Positions 26,630 through 34,618 of a DNA stretch of 47,872 nucleotides are shown here, piece after piece; the first letter of the stretch is position 1; each line of letters begins with the position of its first letter. Below the pieces are notes generated by a model, which saw nothing but the letters and a program-made list of their open reading frames with translations, had not been told where the DNA came from and did no database searches. The stretch is from NCBI GenBank assembly GCA_964428705.1, contig CAYRYM010000001.1, positions 1 through 47,872 on the forward strand. The letters run 5' to 3'. The DNA comes from an uncultured Candidatus Saccharibacteria bacterium. Its GTDB lineage: Bacteria; Patescibacteriota; Minisyncoccia; Phycocordibacterales; SBAW01. The position numbers and the translations under genes are program-made.

Positions 26630-28072
26630 CTACTCTATTGTAAACTCATCTTCTGATCCCCCGGTTACCGGCTTGCGCCGCACCACCATGACGCTCGCAA
26701 CGCCTAGGCCTACTATGCCGCCCAGGCCCGCAAACGCGGTCCACAAAGGCAGCACAGCGTTACTGCTTGCTGCCGACGCCGCAAGTGACGGTGGCGCCGG
26801 CTCTTCTGACATACCGGATGTTGATGATGCTTCAGGTGCCGCGGCGGCCGGTACATCTATATAGACTTCCGGAATAATTAAAGGAGCATCTGTTGCTGCG
26901 GGCCCAGCCGGCACAACTGCTGGTAATGCTTCAGATTTTGCGGCCGGCGCCGAGTATACGACTTGTGTGCCGTCCGGGTAGTAAAGTTTTGCGTCAGTAG
27001 CCTCAAATCCGAGCGTAGCCGCGGATATATTTATGGCCGAGCCCTCGAGCACCACCGAGTGCTCCGGGAGCACAAAGGTACTGTCGCCCTGCTTAACTAC
27101 CCACAACGAGAGGTCTAAGTCGCGACCGGAGTTGTTTTGTACGGACACGCCGCCCTGCGGAAGTGCCACAAGCGCAACCGAGGCCGGCTCTGCCGTTACC
27201 GTTATACGGCTTGTGGTGCGCAGGCTTGTGTTGGTTATTGTCAGCTGGACAGCGTACGTACCCGGGTAGCTAAAGTGATGCATCACCCACGGGCCCTCGG
27301 CAGTCGTGCCGTCGCCAAAGTTCCAGTAAAACTTGGCGTAGTTTATAACGTCCCTGTCGCGATCATAAGCGGTGGCGACAAACTTGGTATCGGCGCCGAC
27401 GATAACCACTCTGTCGCTGCCGGCCGATGCAAACACCTGCGGCAGGGGCGGCGCCACATAGCCGGGGTTAGAGGTTGATTTGCCCGAGGAGCCGGAGCCG
27501 CTCTCCTGCGCGGGCGGCGTGTAGCTCTCCGTCGCATTGTCGGCGCCCGGCGTGGGCAAGGCTTGGAGCCACGTGCTCGATGCCATCTGCAAACTTGTGC
27601 CATTGTCACTGCCTCCCTGGCTTGCGGTGTAAGTCACCGAGTCTAGTGTGCTGCCCGAGCCGTCTGCCAGCGAGACCGTTGTGCCGGTGTTGTTTAAAGT
27701 AAGAGATGCCTTGGCAACCGAGTAGCTGCCGGTGTACTCGCCCATAAATACAGACGGGTCGCTTGTAAGCACTAAATATCCGTGTGCGGGGATTGTCAGC
27801 GAGCCGCGCCCTACCCCGCCTTGAGGGTCCGTTATGGTGTGGTTGGAGCTATCAACTATGCGCCACGAGCCGGAGCCCGAGCCGCCCACCAACATGACAT
27901 CCTCTGAGCCGGAGTTATACAGCTCGACCCACTCGCGCCCGGCATCCGTGCCGGCGGGGTTGTACATAACCTCATTAATAGAGACCGCAGCATGGGCAGC
28001 CGCGGGCAATGCGCACGAAAATATAAAAATAAAGGAGAGTTTAACTGCTTGGCTCGCGATGCTTCTTGTCAT
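26630..28072 (-). CDS. surface protein with lamin-tail domain, PKD domain and C-terminal membrane anchor
   Basis: Signal peptide MTRSIASQAVKLSFIFIFSCALPAAAHA. LTD: VSINEVMYNPAGTDAGREWVELYNSG. PKD: FYWNFGDGTTAEGPWVMHHFSYPGTYAVQLTITN. C-terminal helix LPLWTAFAGLGGIVGLGVASVMVV followed by RRK. Confidence 0.75.
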   Translation of the reverse strand: MTRSIASQAVKLSFIFIFSCALPAAAHAAVSINEVMYNPAGTDAGREWVELYNSGSEDVMLVGGSGSGSWRIVDSSNHTITDPQGGVGRGSLTIPAHGYLVLTSDPSVFMGEYTGSYSVAKASLTLNNTGTTVSLADGSGSTLDSVTYTASQGGSDNGTSLQMASSTWLQALPTPGADNATESYTPPAQESGSGSSGKSTSNPGYVAPPLPQVFASAGSDRVVIVGADTKFVATAYDRDRDVINYAKFYWNFGDGTTAEGPWVMHHFSYPGTYAVQLTITNTSLRTTSRITVTAEPASVALVALPQGGVSVQNNSGRDLDLSLWVVKQGDSTFVLPEHSVVLEGSAINISAATLGFEATDAKLYYPDGTQVVYSAPAAKSEALPAVVPAGPAATDAPLIIPEVYIDVPAAAAPEASSTSGMSEEPAPPSLAASAASSNAVLPLWTAFAGLGGIVGLGVASVMVVRRKPVTGGSEDEFTIE

Positions 28073-29972
28073 GGTGCGACCCCTCTATATCCGGGTCGAC
28101 AGAGAGCATAGCATGTAGAGTCTCTTTGGGAAGGGAGGCGGGTTTTGACGAGCTTTTTGCGACTTTGTCCAGAGTATCCTTGAGGTCCGGGGAATGTTGT
28201 GGCGTTGAGTGTGCGTGCGGTTCCGCTTTAGGCGCCCCTGCCTTTGGAGCCTCGGGCTTTTTGGCGGTTACGGCCGCAAGGGCATCGCGCAGGCTTGTTG
28301 AGCCCTCGAGTGCGGGCTTTTCTACCTCCGGCTCAAGACGGGGCTTGGGCGGGGGTGCGGCGCGCACCGGTTGGCGGCGCGGCGCCGGAGCCTTTTCAAT
28401 ATGCGTATGGTTGTGGACATGCACCTGCGGTGCTGGCTGAGGCGCAGGCGCTTCTACCCTGACCGCTTGTATGATAGTGGGAGCAGGAGTAGGTGCCGGA
28501 GCGGGCACCGGCACAACAACGGTGGTGTGATGCGTAGGAGCCGGCGCGGGAGCTGCACGCGCTGGCGCCGGTGCCGCTGGGCGCGATGCAGCCGTCTTTG
28601 TCGCCGTATTGCCGTACTTGGGCTTAGGAGGCTCGACAACAAGCGGCTCCACGCTCTGCCACTTCTCTATCGCAGCCTCGACCTCGGGCCTAGGCTTGGC
28701 AAACTGGTCGCGCGAGCTCTGCAAAACTTTTTGCGTGTTGTCCTCTGGGGTGGCGTCAAACGGCGGCAGGGTTGTGGCGCTAAAGGGCGGGCTGCCCACG
28801 CCGTCTATCATAAGAGTCAGGTAAATCTGGGCAAACCCGAGGTTAACCAGGTCGGTCGCCTCAAACTGCGGCGCAAACACCGTCTCTAATGTCTCGGCGT
28901 CAAACGGCCCCACGCGGAAGGCCACCGTCGTGCCCACGTTGCCAAACACCGCATCGCGCACCTCCTCCTCCATCTGCTCGACATACTGGTGCGCGATGAT
29001 GAGGTTAAGCTTGTACTTGCGCGCCTCCGACAGGATGTCGGAGAATGACTCGTTGGCAAAGTTCTGGAACTCGTCCACGTAAAAGTAAAAGTTGGGCAGC
29101 GTCTGCATATTGGCGGAGCTGACATCGGCGCGGCTCATAGCCGCCAGGTATATCTTGGTGACCAGCATGGAGCCCAAGAGCGTCGCGTTGACCTCGCCTA
29201 CCCTGCCCTTGGAGAGGTTCATGATCAGTATCTTTTTTTGGTCCATGATCTCGCGGATATCAAACGAGCTCTTGGGCTGGCCCACAATGTTGCGTATAAG
29301 CGGGTTGGAGGTAAACTGGCCTATTTTGTTTTGTATGGCCGGGGTCGCGTCTTGCGTGTAGCGGTCGGTGTAGTTGGCAAACTCATCGACCCAGAAGCTT
29401 TTAACTATGGGGTCCTTAACGTTCTCGACCACCTTCTTGCGGAATGCTTTGTTGATGAGCATGCGGTTAACGTCGAGCAGCGTCGCACCCTCGTACTCAA
29501 GCAAAGCCAGCAATGTGTTGGAGAGTATGTACTCCATACGGGCTGACCATGCATCTACCCAAATCTTGCGGAAGGCCGAGAGCAGGCCCGAGACAACCAG
29601 GTGGCGCTTGTCGTACCCCACGTCCTCCATCACGTTAAAGGCCACAGGATACTCCATGTCAAACGGCGCAAAGTACACCACGTCTTTAATGCGATGCGCC
29701 GGCACGTACTCCATAATCCGGTCGGCGGTCGAGCCGTGCGGGTCTATAAACGCCATGCCCTCGCCGTTGCGGATGTCCTGTATGGCCATGTTCTCCAGCA
29801 AGGTGGACTTGCCCATGCCGGTCTTGCCGATGATGTACATGTGGCGCGCGCGGTCGCGGCGCTTGATGCCAAACGGCAGGGGTTTCCCGCGCGAGTTGGT
29901 CTCGGCAAAGTACGTTATCTTATTTGCGTCCTCAAGCATTGCTTTAATTGTACCACTGCCCGCTATAGACAC
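28041..29972 (-). CDS. VirD4/TraG/TraD-like P-loop ATPase (type IV coupling-protein family) with a Pro/Ala-rich tail
   Basis: Walker A IIGKTGMGKSTLLENM. Walker B FYFYVDEFQNF. SEARKYKLNLIIAHQYVEQM...GNVGTTVAFRV is typical of the TraG-D C-terminal region. No N-terminal TM helices. The last ~200 aa are low-complexity P/A. GTG start at 29972 (first ATG at 29939). Confidence 0.7.
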   Translation of the reverse strand: MSIAGSGTIKAMLEDANKITYFAETNSRGKPLPFGIKRRDRARHMYIIGKTGMGKSTLLENMAIQDIRNGEGMAFIDPHGSTADRIMEYVPAHRIKDVVYFAPFDMEYPVAFNVMEDVGYDKRHLVVSGLLSAFRKIWVDAWSARMEYILSNTLLALLEYEGATLLDVNRMLINKAFRKKVVENVKDPIVKSFWVDEFANYTDRYTQDATPAIQNKIGQFTSNPLIRNIVGQPKSSFDIREIMDQKKILIMNLSKGRVGEVNATLLGSMLVTKIYLAAMSRADVSSANMQTLPNFYFYVDEFQNFANESFSDILSEARKYKLNLIIAHQYVEQMEEEVRDAVFGNVGTTVAFRVGPFDAETLETVFAPQFEATDLVNLGFAQIYLTLMIDGVGSPPFSATTLPPFDATPEDNTQKVLQSSRDQFAKPRPEVEAAIEKWQSVEPLVVEPPKPKYGNTATKTAASRPAAPAPARAAPAPAPTHHTTVVVPVPAPAPTPAPTIIQAVRVEAPAPQPAPQVHVHNHTHIEKAPAPRRQPVRAAPPPKPRLEPEVEKPALEGSTSLRDALAAVTAKKPEAPKAGAPKAEPHAHSTPQHSPDLKDTLDKVAKSSSKPASLPKETLHAMLSVDPDIEGSHHDKKHREPSS

Positions 29973-29985
29973 GCCCGCACAAGCC

Positions 29986-29994
29986 TTTATACTA
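29986..29994. promoter_or_regulatory. overlapping divergent -10 boxes (TATACT on plus; TAGTAT/TATAAA on minus)
   Basis: The 27-bp spacer 29973-29999 reads GCCCGCACAAGCCTTTATACTATCGCG. TATACT ends 6 nt before ATG 30000. Confidence 0.35.
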
Positions 29995-29999
29995 TCGCG

Positions 30000-30482
30000 A
30001 TGAAGGAATCATCATTGTGGCTGCGCTTGGGCGTATGGTGGCTGGCGCTTACATTTTTATACTGGGCGCTGGCGCTTATGGGCTATGGCTGGGCGCTCGA
30101 CTGCCTAGAGGCATGCACCGCCGTTGTGGCCCCCGACAGCGCGTGGTGGGTTAATCTTTTGGGTATGTTTGTGCCGCTGGGCCCCAACAACATGTCGTAC
30201 GCCGCGCTCTTTTTGCTCAAGCCGATCATACTCGCCTTCCCCACGCTCTCCGGCACAGTAACCTCCGCCTATGGGCTTATAACAATTGCCGCTGTGCTCA
30301 CGCTTGCACTCGGCATATGGGCCACGCGCGCTATAGAGCGCGTACTGTGGAGGCTGTCCCTGCACCCCGCACTTAAAGTCGTAGCCAACCTCGCAATCTT
30401 GCTTGTGCTCACGCTTGTCGCAGACCTTGCGCTCTTTGGCGGCCACTGGGTGTCTCTGGAAATCCTCCGTCAGTCGCTCTAG
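30000..30482 (+). CDS. polytopic membrane protein, unknown function
   Basis: From ATG 30000: MKESSLWLRLGVWWLALTFLYWALALMGYGW..., about 160 aa with 4-5 hydrophobic helices. The listed ORF start 29601 would lie antisense inside the ATPase gene. Confidence 0.5.
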   Translation: MKESSLWLRLGVWWLALTFLYWALALMGYGWALDCLEACTAVVAPDSAWWVNLLGMFVPLGPNNMSYAALFLLKPIILAFPTLSGTVTSAYGLITIAAVLTLALGIWATRAIERVLWRLSLHPALKVVANLAILLVLTLVADLALFGGHWVSLEILRQSL

Positions 30483-30600
30483 GCACACCGGCCGTTGTCC
30501 CAAAAGGAGCCATATGGTAGCGTGGTGGCGGACTACCTGTGGCTCTAGGGCCACTCCATTCGTGGATCAGAGGCTTTGGCCTTAAAAACAGGAGCGTACC

Positions 30601-31551
30601 ATGTCAGCAGTTTCTAGCCTACGCGACCTATTCTCCCGGCAAGCAAAAGGACGTGCACCTGCCGACTCAGACTTAGCTGCACTAGCGAGATTTATCTTGC
30701 TCGAGAGTGCCGAGAAGAAGAGCGGCACTACGTACGTAAGCGACGCCGAGCTTGATAACAAAAATAAGTTCAGGGCGGGCAAAGAGGCTCTTACTCTACT
30801 GTCTCTTTGGAATGAAGGCGGCTCAATGCCAAAAACGTTCCGGGTGCTGCTCGACGCACTTCTGGAGGCTTGGGTTAGCAGCTTCATTGACGCCAAGCTC
30901 GAAAAGGATATCGTGGATGCCCTGCTGGCTCTTGATGAGCTGGATGAAAAAGAAAAAGGGCAACTGGAGGAAGCGCTGCGGATGTGCGGCAAGGAGCATT
31001 TGTACTATCAGCCACAGAAGCTGCTGCGTATCCTTACTGGCGCGGGAGATGCAAGCAACGATAGTGTGGTGAAGTGGGCCTTCAAAACGCTGGGCAGCAA
31101 AGTGAATACTGACCACCTGCGCTTCGTCGCGATCTGCCTGTCAGCATGCGGCGAAAGTAGCGACAACGCGTCCAAACTTGAAGGGGCGGCAAAGTATCAC
31201 ATCCAAGTCGCCGCAAAGACACTGACTGTAGCGGAGAACATGAGTTTTGCCGATGTACGTGGCGGACCATTCAGGCCAATGGGGAGAGCGAGCGAGCTCA
31301 CTCTCCACACGTCCACGCTTGTTGAGTATGTGTGGGTCACCTCAAAGATGAACGAGACGCTCAAGAAATCTGCAGAAGGAGCCAACGCATGGCTCAACGC
31401 AGCAGAGCGCCAGGCACTAGAGCGGATGGGAGCGGCTGAAAAGCGAAGCTTCGATATCAAACTCACCGTCAAGATCTATCCGCACGAGAAGGACTGGTAT
31501 TCGCGCAGAAGCGAGCTTGAGCCACTCCAGACTCTCTCTCATACGGTTTGA
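30601..31551 (+). CDS. hypothetical protein (orphan, helical-looking)
   Basis: 316-aa ORF. Good SD (AGGAG at 30589-30593) 7 nt before the ATG, and its own terminator. I recognise no motif. Confidence 0.6.
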   Translation: MSAVSSLRDLFSRQAKGRAPADSDLAALARFILLESAEKKSGTTYVSDAELDNKNKFRAGKEALTLLSLWNEGGSMPKTFRVLLDALLEAWVSSFIDAKLEKDIVDALLALDELDEKEKGQLEEALRMCGKEHLYYQPQKLLRILTGAGDASNDSVVKWAFKTLGSKVNTDHLRFVAICLSACGESSDNASKLEGAAKYHIQVAAKTLTVAENMSFADVRGGPFRPMGRASELTLHTSTLVEYVWVTSKMNETLKKSAEGANAWLNAAERQALERMGAAEKRSFDIKLTVKIYPHEKDWYSRRSELEPLQTLSHTV

Positions 31552-31560
31552 AAAGCCAGA

Positions 31561-31586
31561 GCCCGGCCGCAAGGCCGGGCTTTTTT
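31561..31586. terminator. bidirectional intrinsic terminator
   Basis: GCCCGGCC-GCAA-GGCCGGGC followed by TTTTTT. Lies between convergent genes (stops at 31551 and 31588). Confidence 0.75.
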
Positions 31587-31587
31587 A

Positions 31588-32733
31588 TTACTGGTATTGG
31601 ATAAAGATGGGGGTCGGCTTGAGGTCGAGCACCTCCTGCTTTGTCAGCAGGCGCGGGGGCTCCTCCTTGAGGTCGTTTTTGTAGAATATCTTTACGCCCG
31701 TAAACTGCACCGGCTCGGGCGCAACCGTGTGGTAGTAGGTATTCTTCTTGCGCGCCGGGCTCCCCCATCCGTCCATCTGCACCACCACCTGCACCTCGGG
31801 TGTCGGCACAATAAGCTCTACGTCCGGGAGCATGTTTTGCGTAAAGCGGTGCAGCAGCAGTATCTTGGGCGGCAGGTTGTGCTCGCGCACAAACTTAGAC
31901 AGGTAGTCTATGGCCCAATTAATTGTCGCAGCGTCGGTCGTACCAATAACGTCGCCCGGCGCATCCGTGCCCTGCATGTCAAACTCCGGGTCTATGGCCA
32001 GGTGCACCTGCGGCATCGCCCAGTACTTATCCAGAAGCGGCACCTCGTCTTGCACGCTCGAGAGGCCAACCTGGATATCGAGTATCACAATGCCGTCAAT
32101 TTCCTTAGCGTACTCTATAGCCTTGTCTACCTGCGTGTCGGGCATGCGCAGGCGGTACTTGCCGTCTTTGCCGGGTGCACCTTGCGCAGTTACGTCTATA
32201 TACTCTATGGCCGGCATCACGGGGGTTGTAGGGTCGGCGGTCTCCCATGCCTTTACCTCGGCGCGCAGCCTCTCCAGCACGACATCCTTCTCAAACTCGC
32301 CCAGTATCCCCATCTTGGTGGAGTAAAAGTTGCCGTAGTAAGCGACTATACGCTTAAACGGGAGTATTGCGCCCGGCAGGGGCTCGGCGGTGCGCGCAGG
32401 CCACAGGGGTTTGGTAGTAGTAACTCCGGTAAAGTCGTTTTGCATAAACGCCGTGTAGTACGGGCTCGACGTTGCAACCTGTGCAAGCGCCAACAGGCGG
32501 CGGCGATAGTCCTCTACATCAAGCACGGGCTTTGGCGCCTCTTTTTTAGGCAGGAGCTTGGCAAGCGCCGAGGTGGTGGTGGCTGTGTCGGTGCCATACG
32601 ACACCGAGGTAAGCGCCGGCAGGAAAAAGTAGGCCGCGGCCACCACTATAGCCAGGCCCAGCACGAGCGCGAGTATATGCACGAGGGTGCGGCCGCGGCC
32701 GGCACCGCGGTTAGTTGAGCGATCCGATGACAT
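31588..32733 (-). CDS. membrane-anchored extracytoplasmic protein, unknown function
   Basis: 381 aa. N-terminal anchor LVHILALVLGLAIVVAAAYFF. Conserved-looking blocks IVAYYGNFYSTKMGILGE, IVILDIQVG and HLAIDPEF. Family not recognised. Confidence 0.6.
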   Translation of the reverse strand: MSSDRSTNRGAGRGRTLVHILALVLGLAIVVAAAYFFLPALTSVSYGTDTATTTSALAKLLPKKEAPKPVLDVEDYRRRLLALAQVATSSPYYTAFMQNDFTGVTTTKPLWPARTAEPLPGAILPFKRIVAYYGNFYSTKMGILGEFEKDVVLERLRAEVKAWETADPTTPVMPAIEYIDVTAQGAPGKDGKYRLRMPDTQVDKAIEYAKEIDGIVILDIQVGLSSVQDEVPLLDKYWAMPQVHLAIDPEFDMQGTDAPGDVIGTTDAATINWAIDYLSKFVREHNLPPKILLLHRFTQNMLPDVELIVPTPEVQVVVQMDGWGSPARKKNTYYHTVAPEPVQFTGVKIFYKNDLKEEPPRLLTKQEVLDLKPTPIFIQYQ

Positions 32734-32953
32734 TGTCGCGCTGATGAGTAGTAGGCGCAGCGTTTTCTACAAAGTGGTCGTGGCCGTGCCTGGTGCCGCG
32801 CGCCAGAGACTCGCCGCGCAAAAGAAAGCCCACACCCGCCAGTGCCGCCCCTGCCGCAACCAGGACAACCGTCTTCCACGAGCCGGGGATGCCAAGGTAG
32901 GGCGTGACCACGACAAGTACACCCAGCGCAATGACGGTCATTTCTTTAGACAT
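32711..32953 (-). CDS. small two-helix membrane protein
   Basis: 80 aa. VIALGVLVVVTPYLGIPGSW and VVLVAAGAALAGVGFLL. Overlaps the downstream gene by 23 nt. Confidence 0.45.
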   Translation of the reverse strand: MSKEMTVIALGVLVVVTPYLGIPGSWKTVVLVAAGAALAGVGFLLRGESLARGTRHGHDHFVENAAPTTHQRDNVIGSLN

Positions 32954-32962
32954 AGTCCTATA

Positions 32963-33610
32963 TTACTCCCCCTCTACTATTACGACAAATTCTCCGCGCT
33001 GTTTGCCCTCGTTTTGCTCAAAATACGCGAGCACCTCCGCGGCAGTGCCCACCCGGTGCTCTTCATACATCTTGGTGATCTCGCGGTAGACGCCTATGCG
33101 GCGCGCGGGGATAGCCGAGGCCAGCGCCTGGAGCGTCTTCATAATCCGGTGGGGCGACTCATAAAATACGCATGAGCGCTCGCTTGTGGCAATCTCCTTA
33201 AAAAGCGTCTGCCTCCCCTTCTTAAGCGGCAGAAATCCGTAAAACACAAAGGTGGCAGCCCGTAGGCCGCATACCGACAGCGCTGCCGCAAGCGCGGAGG
33301 CACCGGGTATCGCTTCAATCAAGACGCCCGCATCGCGCGCGTGAGAGACAATCTCCTGCCCCGGGTCCGACACGCCGGGCGTGCCGGCGTCGCTAACGAG
33401 CGCCACATGCTTGCCCTGGCCCAAGAGCAACGGGATCTTGGGCAGAGTGACGACCGGCGTATGGATATCAAAGTGGCTTAGGAGCTTTTTGGTAACCCGT
33501 GTGTCCTCGCACGCCACAAAGTCGGCCTCCTTTAATATGCGCAAGGCGCGCAGGGTAATATCTTCGAGGTTGCCTATGGGCGTGGCGACAATGGAAAGCC
33601 GGGGCTGCAT
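32963..33610 (-). CDS. rsmI: 16S rRNA (cytidine1402-2'-O)-methyltransferase
   Basis: LSIVATPIGNLEDITLRALRILKEADFVACEDTRVTKKLL and VSDAGTPGVSDPG are canonical RsmI motifs. A compact 215 aa. Confidence 0.85.
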   Translation of the reverse strand: MQPRLSIVATPIGNLEDITLRALRILKEADFVACEDTRVTKKLLSHFDIHTPVVTLPKIPLLLGQGKHVALVSDAGTPGVSDPGQEIVSHARDAGVLIEAIPGASALAAALSVCGLRAATFVFYGFLPLKKGRQTLFKEIATSERSCVFYESPHRIMKTLQALASAIPARRIGVYREITKMYEEHRVGTAAEVLAYFEQNEGKQRGEFVVIVEGE

Positions 33611-33694
33611 ATCCCCACCCTAGCATATTTGGCAAAAATGTGGTAGTTTGTTTTCAGCCACTGATCTTAACTCAACCCCGGAAAGGATACATTC

Positions 33695-34573
33695 ATGGGA
33701 GGCGGAAGAATGTCTGCAACAATTCTCGACTCTATCGAGCCCTTTGTGAGCAACTCAATCACAAACCCCGGTCATCCTACCTACTCGGTAGCGTGCTTCG
33801 AGGGCAACGACTGGTCGCTCAAGCCGTTGCAGAAAGCCGGCGACGAGAACACCGCGCCAGACTTGGCGCTGCGTGTCGGCTTGGCAATGAGCGGATTTGG
33901 AGCGCGACACATATACGCACCAAGCCCGATCAGGTTCAACGGTGAAATAGTCTCGCCAGACCTGCTCACCGATGAAATCCCCCTATGGCAATCAATCATG
34001 TACCGCAATGCTAAGGTTCCGGCAGACGGCACGCTCCTGAGGTCCCCGGGCAGCGCTATCGTCTTTAGCGCAGGCGGCTGCTCAATGATAGCGGCAACCC
34101 GTCGCAGGGCAATGGTCGGAGCCCATGCGGGCCGCGACTGCATTATCGACCGGGTGCGCATCAAGACTCGCGGCCGGGAGCGCAGCCGCGAAAAGGAAAG
34201 CGTCGTCAATAGCATTGTCGACGCTCTTGCCCCAACTTGGTCTCTGCGCAAGGAAATCCAAGTCGGCGTATTCTATTCGATCAAGTCACGCGACTTCTTG
34301 CATAGGTTTGTTGACGAGGACCCGGAGCACCTCAAGTACAACATTCCGGCGGCAGAAATGCTCAGGGGTGAGTACGGCAACGCGGCAGGACCCGTCGACC
34401 ACAAGGGCATCTACATTGATGTGCCGGGCATCATAAAGGCCCAGTTCATCGCGCTTGGCGTACCCGAGGTAAACATTAACCTCGAGCACGCCTACCTGCC
34501 CGACTCCATGCCGCATACGCGCAATGGCGACAATAATCGTCGCTATCTCGCCGGCATCGTGCGACACTTCTGA
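33695..34573 (+). CDS. divergent YfiH/PgeF (laccase-domain, DUF152-like) protein
   Basis: AIVFSAGGCSMIAATRRRAMVGAHAGRDC parallels the YfiH block (T-A-D-C-x-P-V...A-A-x-H-A-G-W-R-G) and keeps the Cys and His. The C-terminal HTRNGDNNRRYLAGIV resembles FSYRRD...G-R-x-x-x-x-I. The match is loose. Confidence 0.45.
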   Translation: MGGGRMSATILDSIEPFVSNSITNPGHPTYSVACFEGNDWSLKPLQKAGDENTAPDLALRVGLAMSGFGARHIYAPSPIRFNGEIVSPDLLTDEIPLWQSIMYRNAKVPADGTLLRSPGSAIVFSAGGCSMIAATRRRAMVGAHAGRDCIIDRVRIKTRGRERSREKESVVNSIVDALAPTWSLRKEIQVGVFYSIKSRDFLHRFVDEDPEHLKYNIPAAEMLRGEYGNAAGPVDHKGIYIDVPGIIKAQFIALGVPEVNINLEHAYLPDSMPHTRNGDNNRRYLAGIVRHF

Positions 34574-34584
34574 ACTATAGCTAC

Positions 34585-34618
34585 ACTCCCCGCCTTGTGC
34601 GGGGAGTTATTTTTTTTA
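34585..34618. terminator. bidirectional intrinsic terminator
   Basis: ACTCCCCGC-CTTGT-GCGGGGAGT followed by TATTTTTTTT. Lies between convergent stops at 34573 and 34616. Confidence 0.7.

Noticed and set aside
29601-29999. N-terminal 133 codons of the listed ORF 29601..30482
   Set aside because: This part lies antisense inside the well-supported ATPase gene and is Arg/His/Val-rich. The hydrophobic membrane protein begins at the in-frame ATG 30000.
31597-32718. 373-aa plus-strand ORF
   Set aside because: It almost exactly mirrors the minus-strand gene 31588..32733. The minus product has a proper membrane anchor and conserved-looking blocks, and it ends at the shared terminator. The plus product is Arg/His/Leu-rich nonsense.
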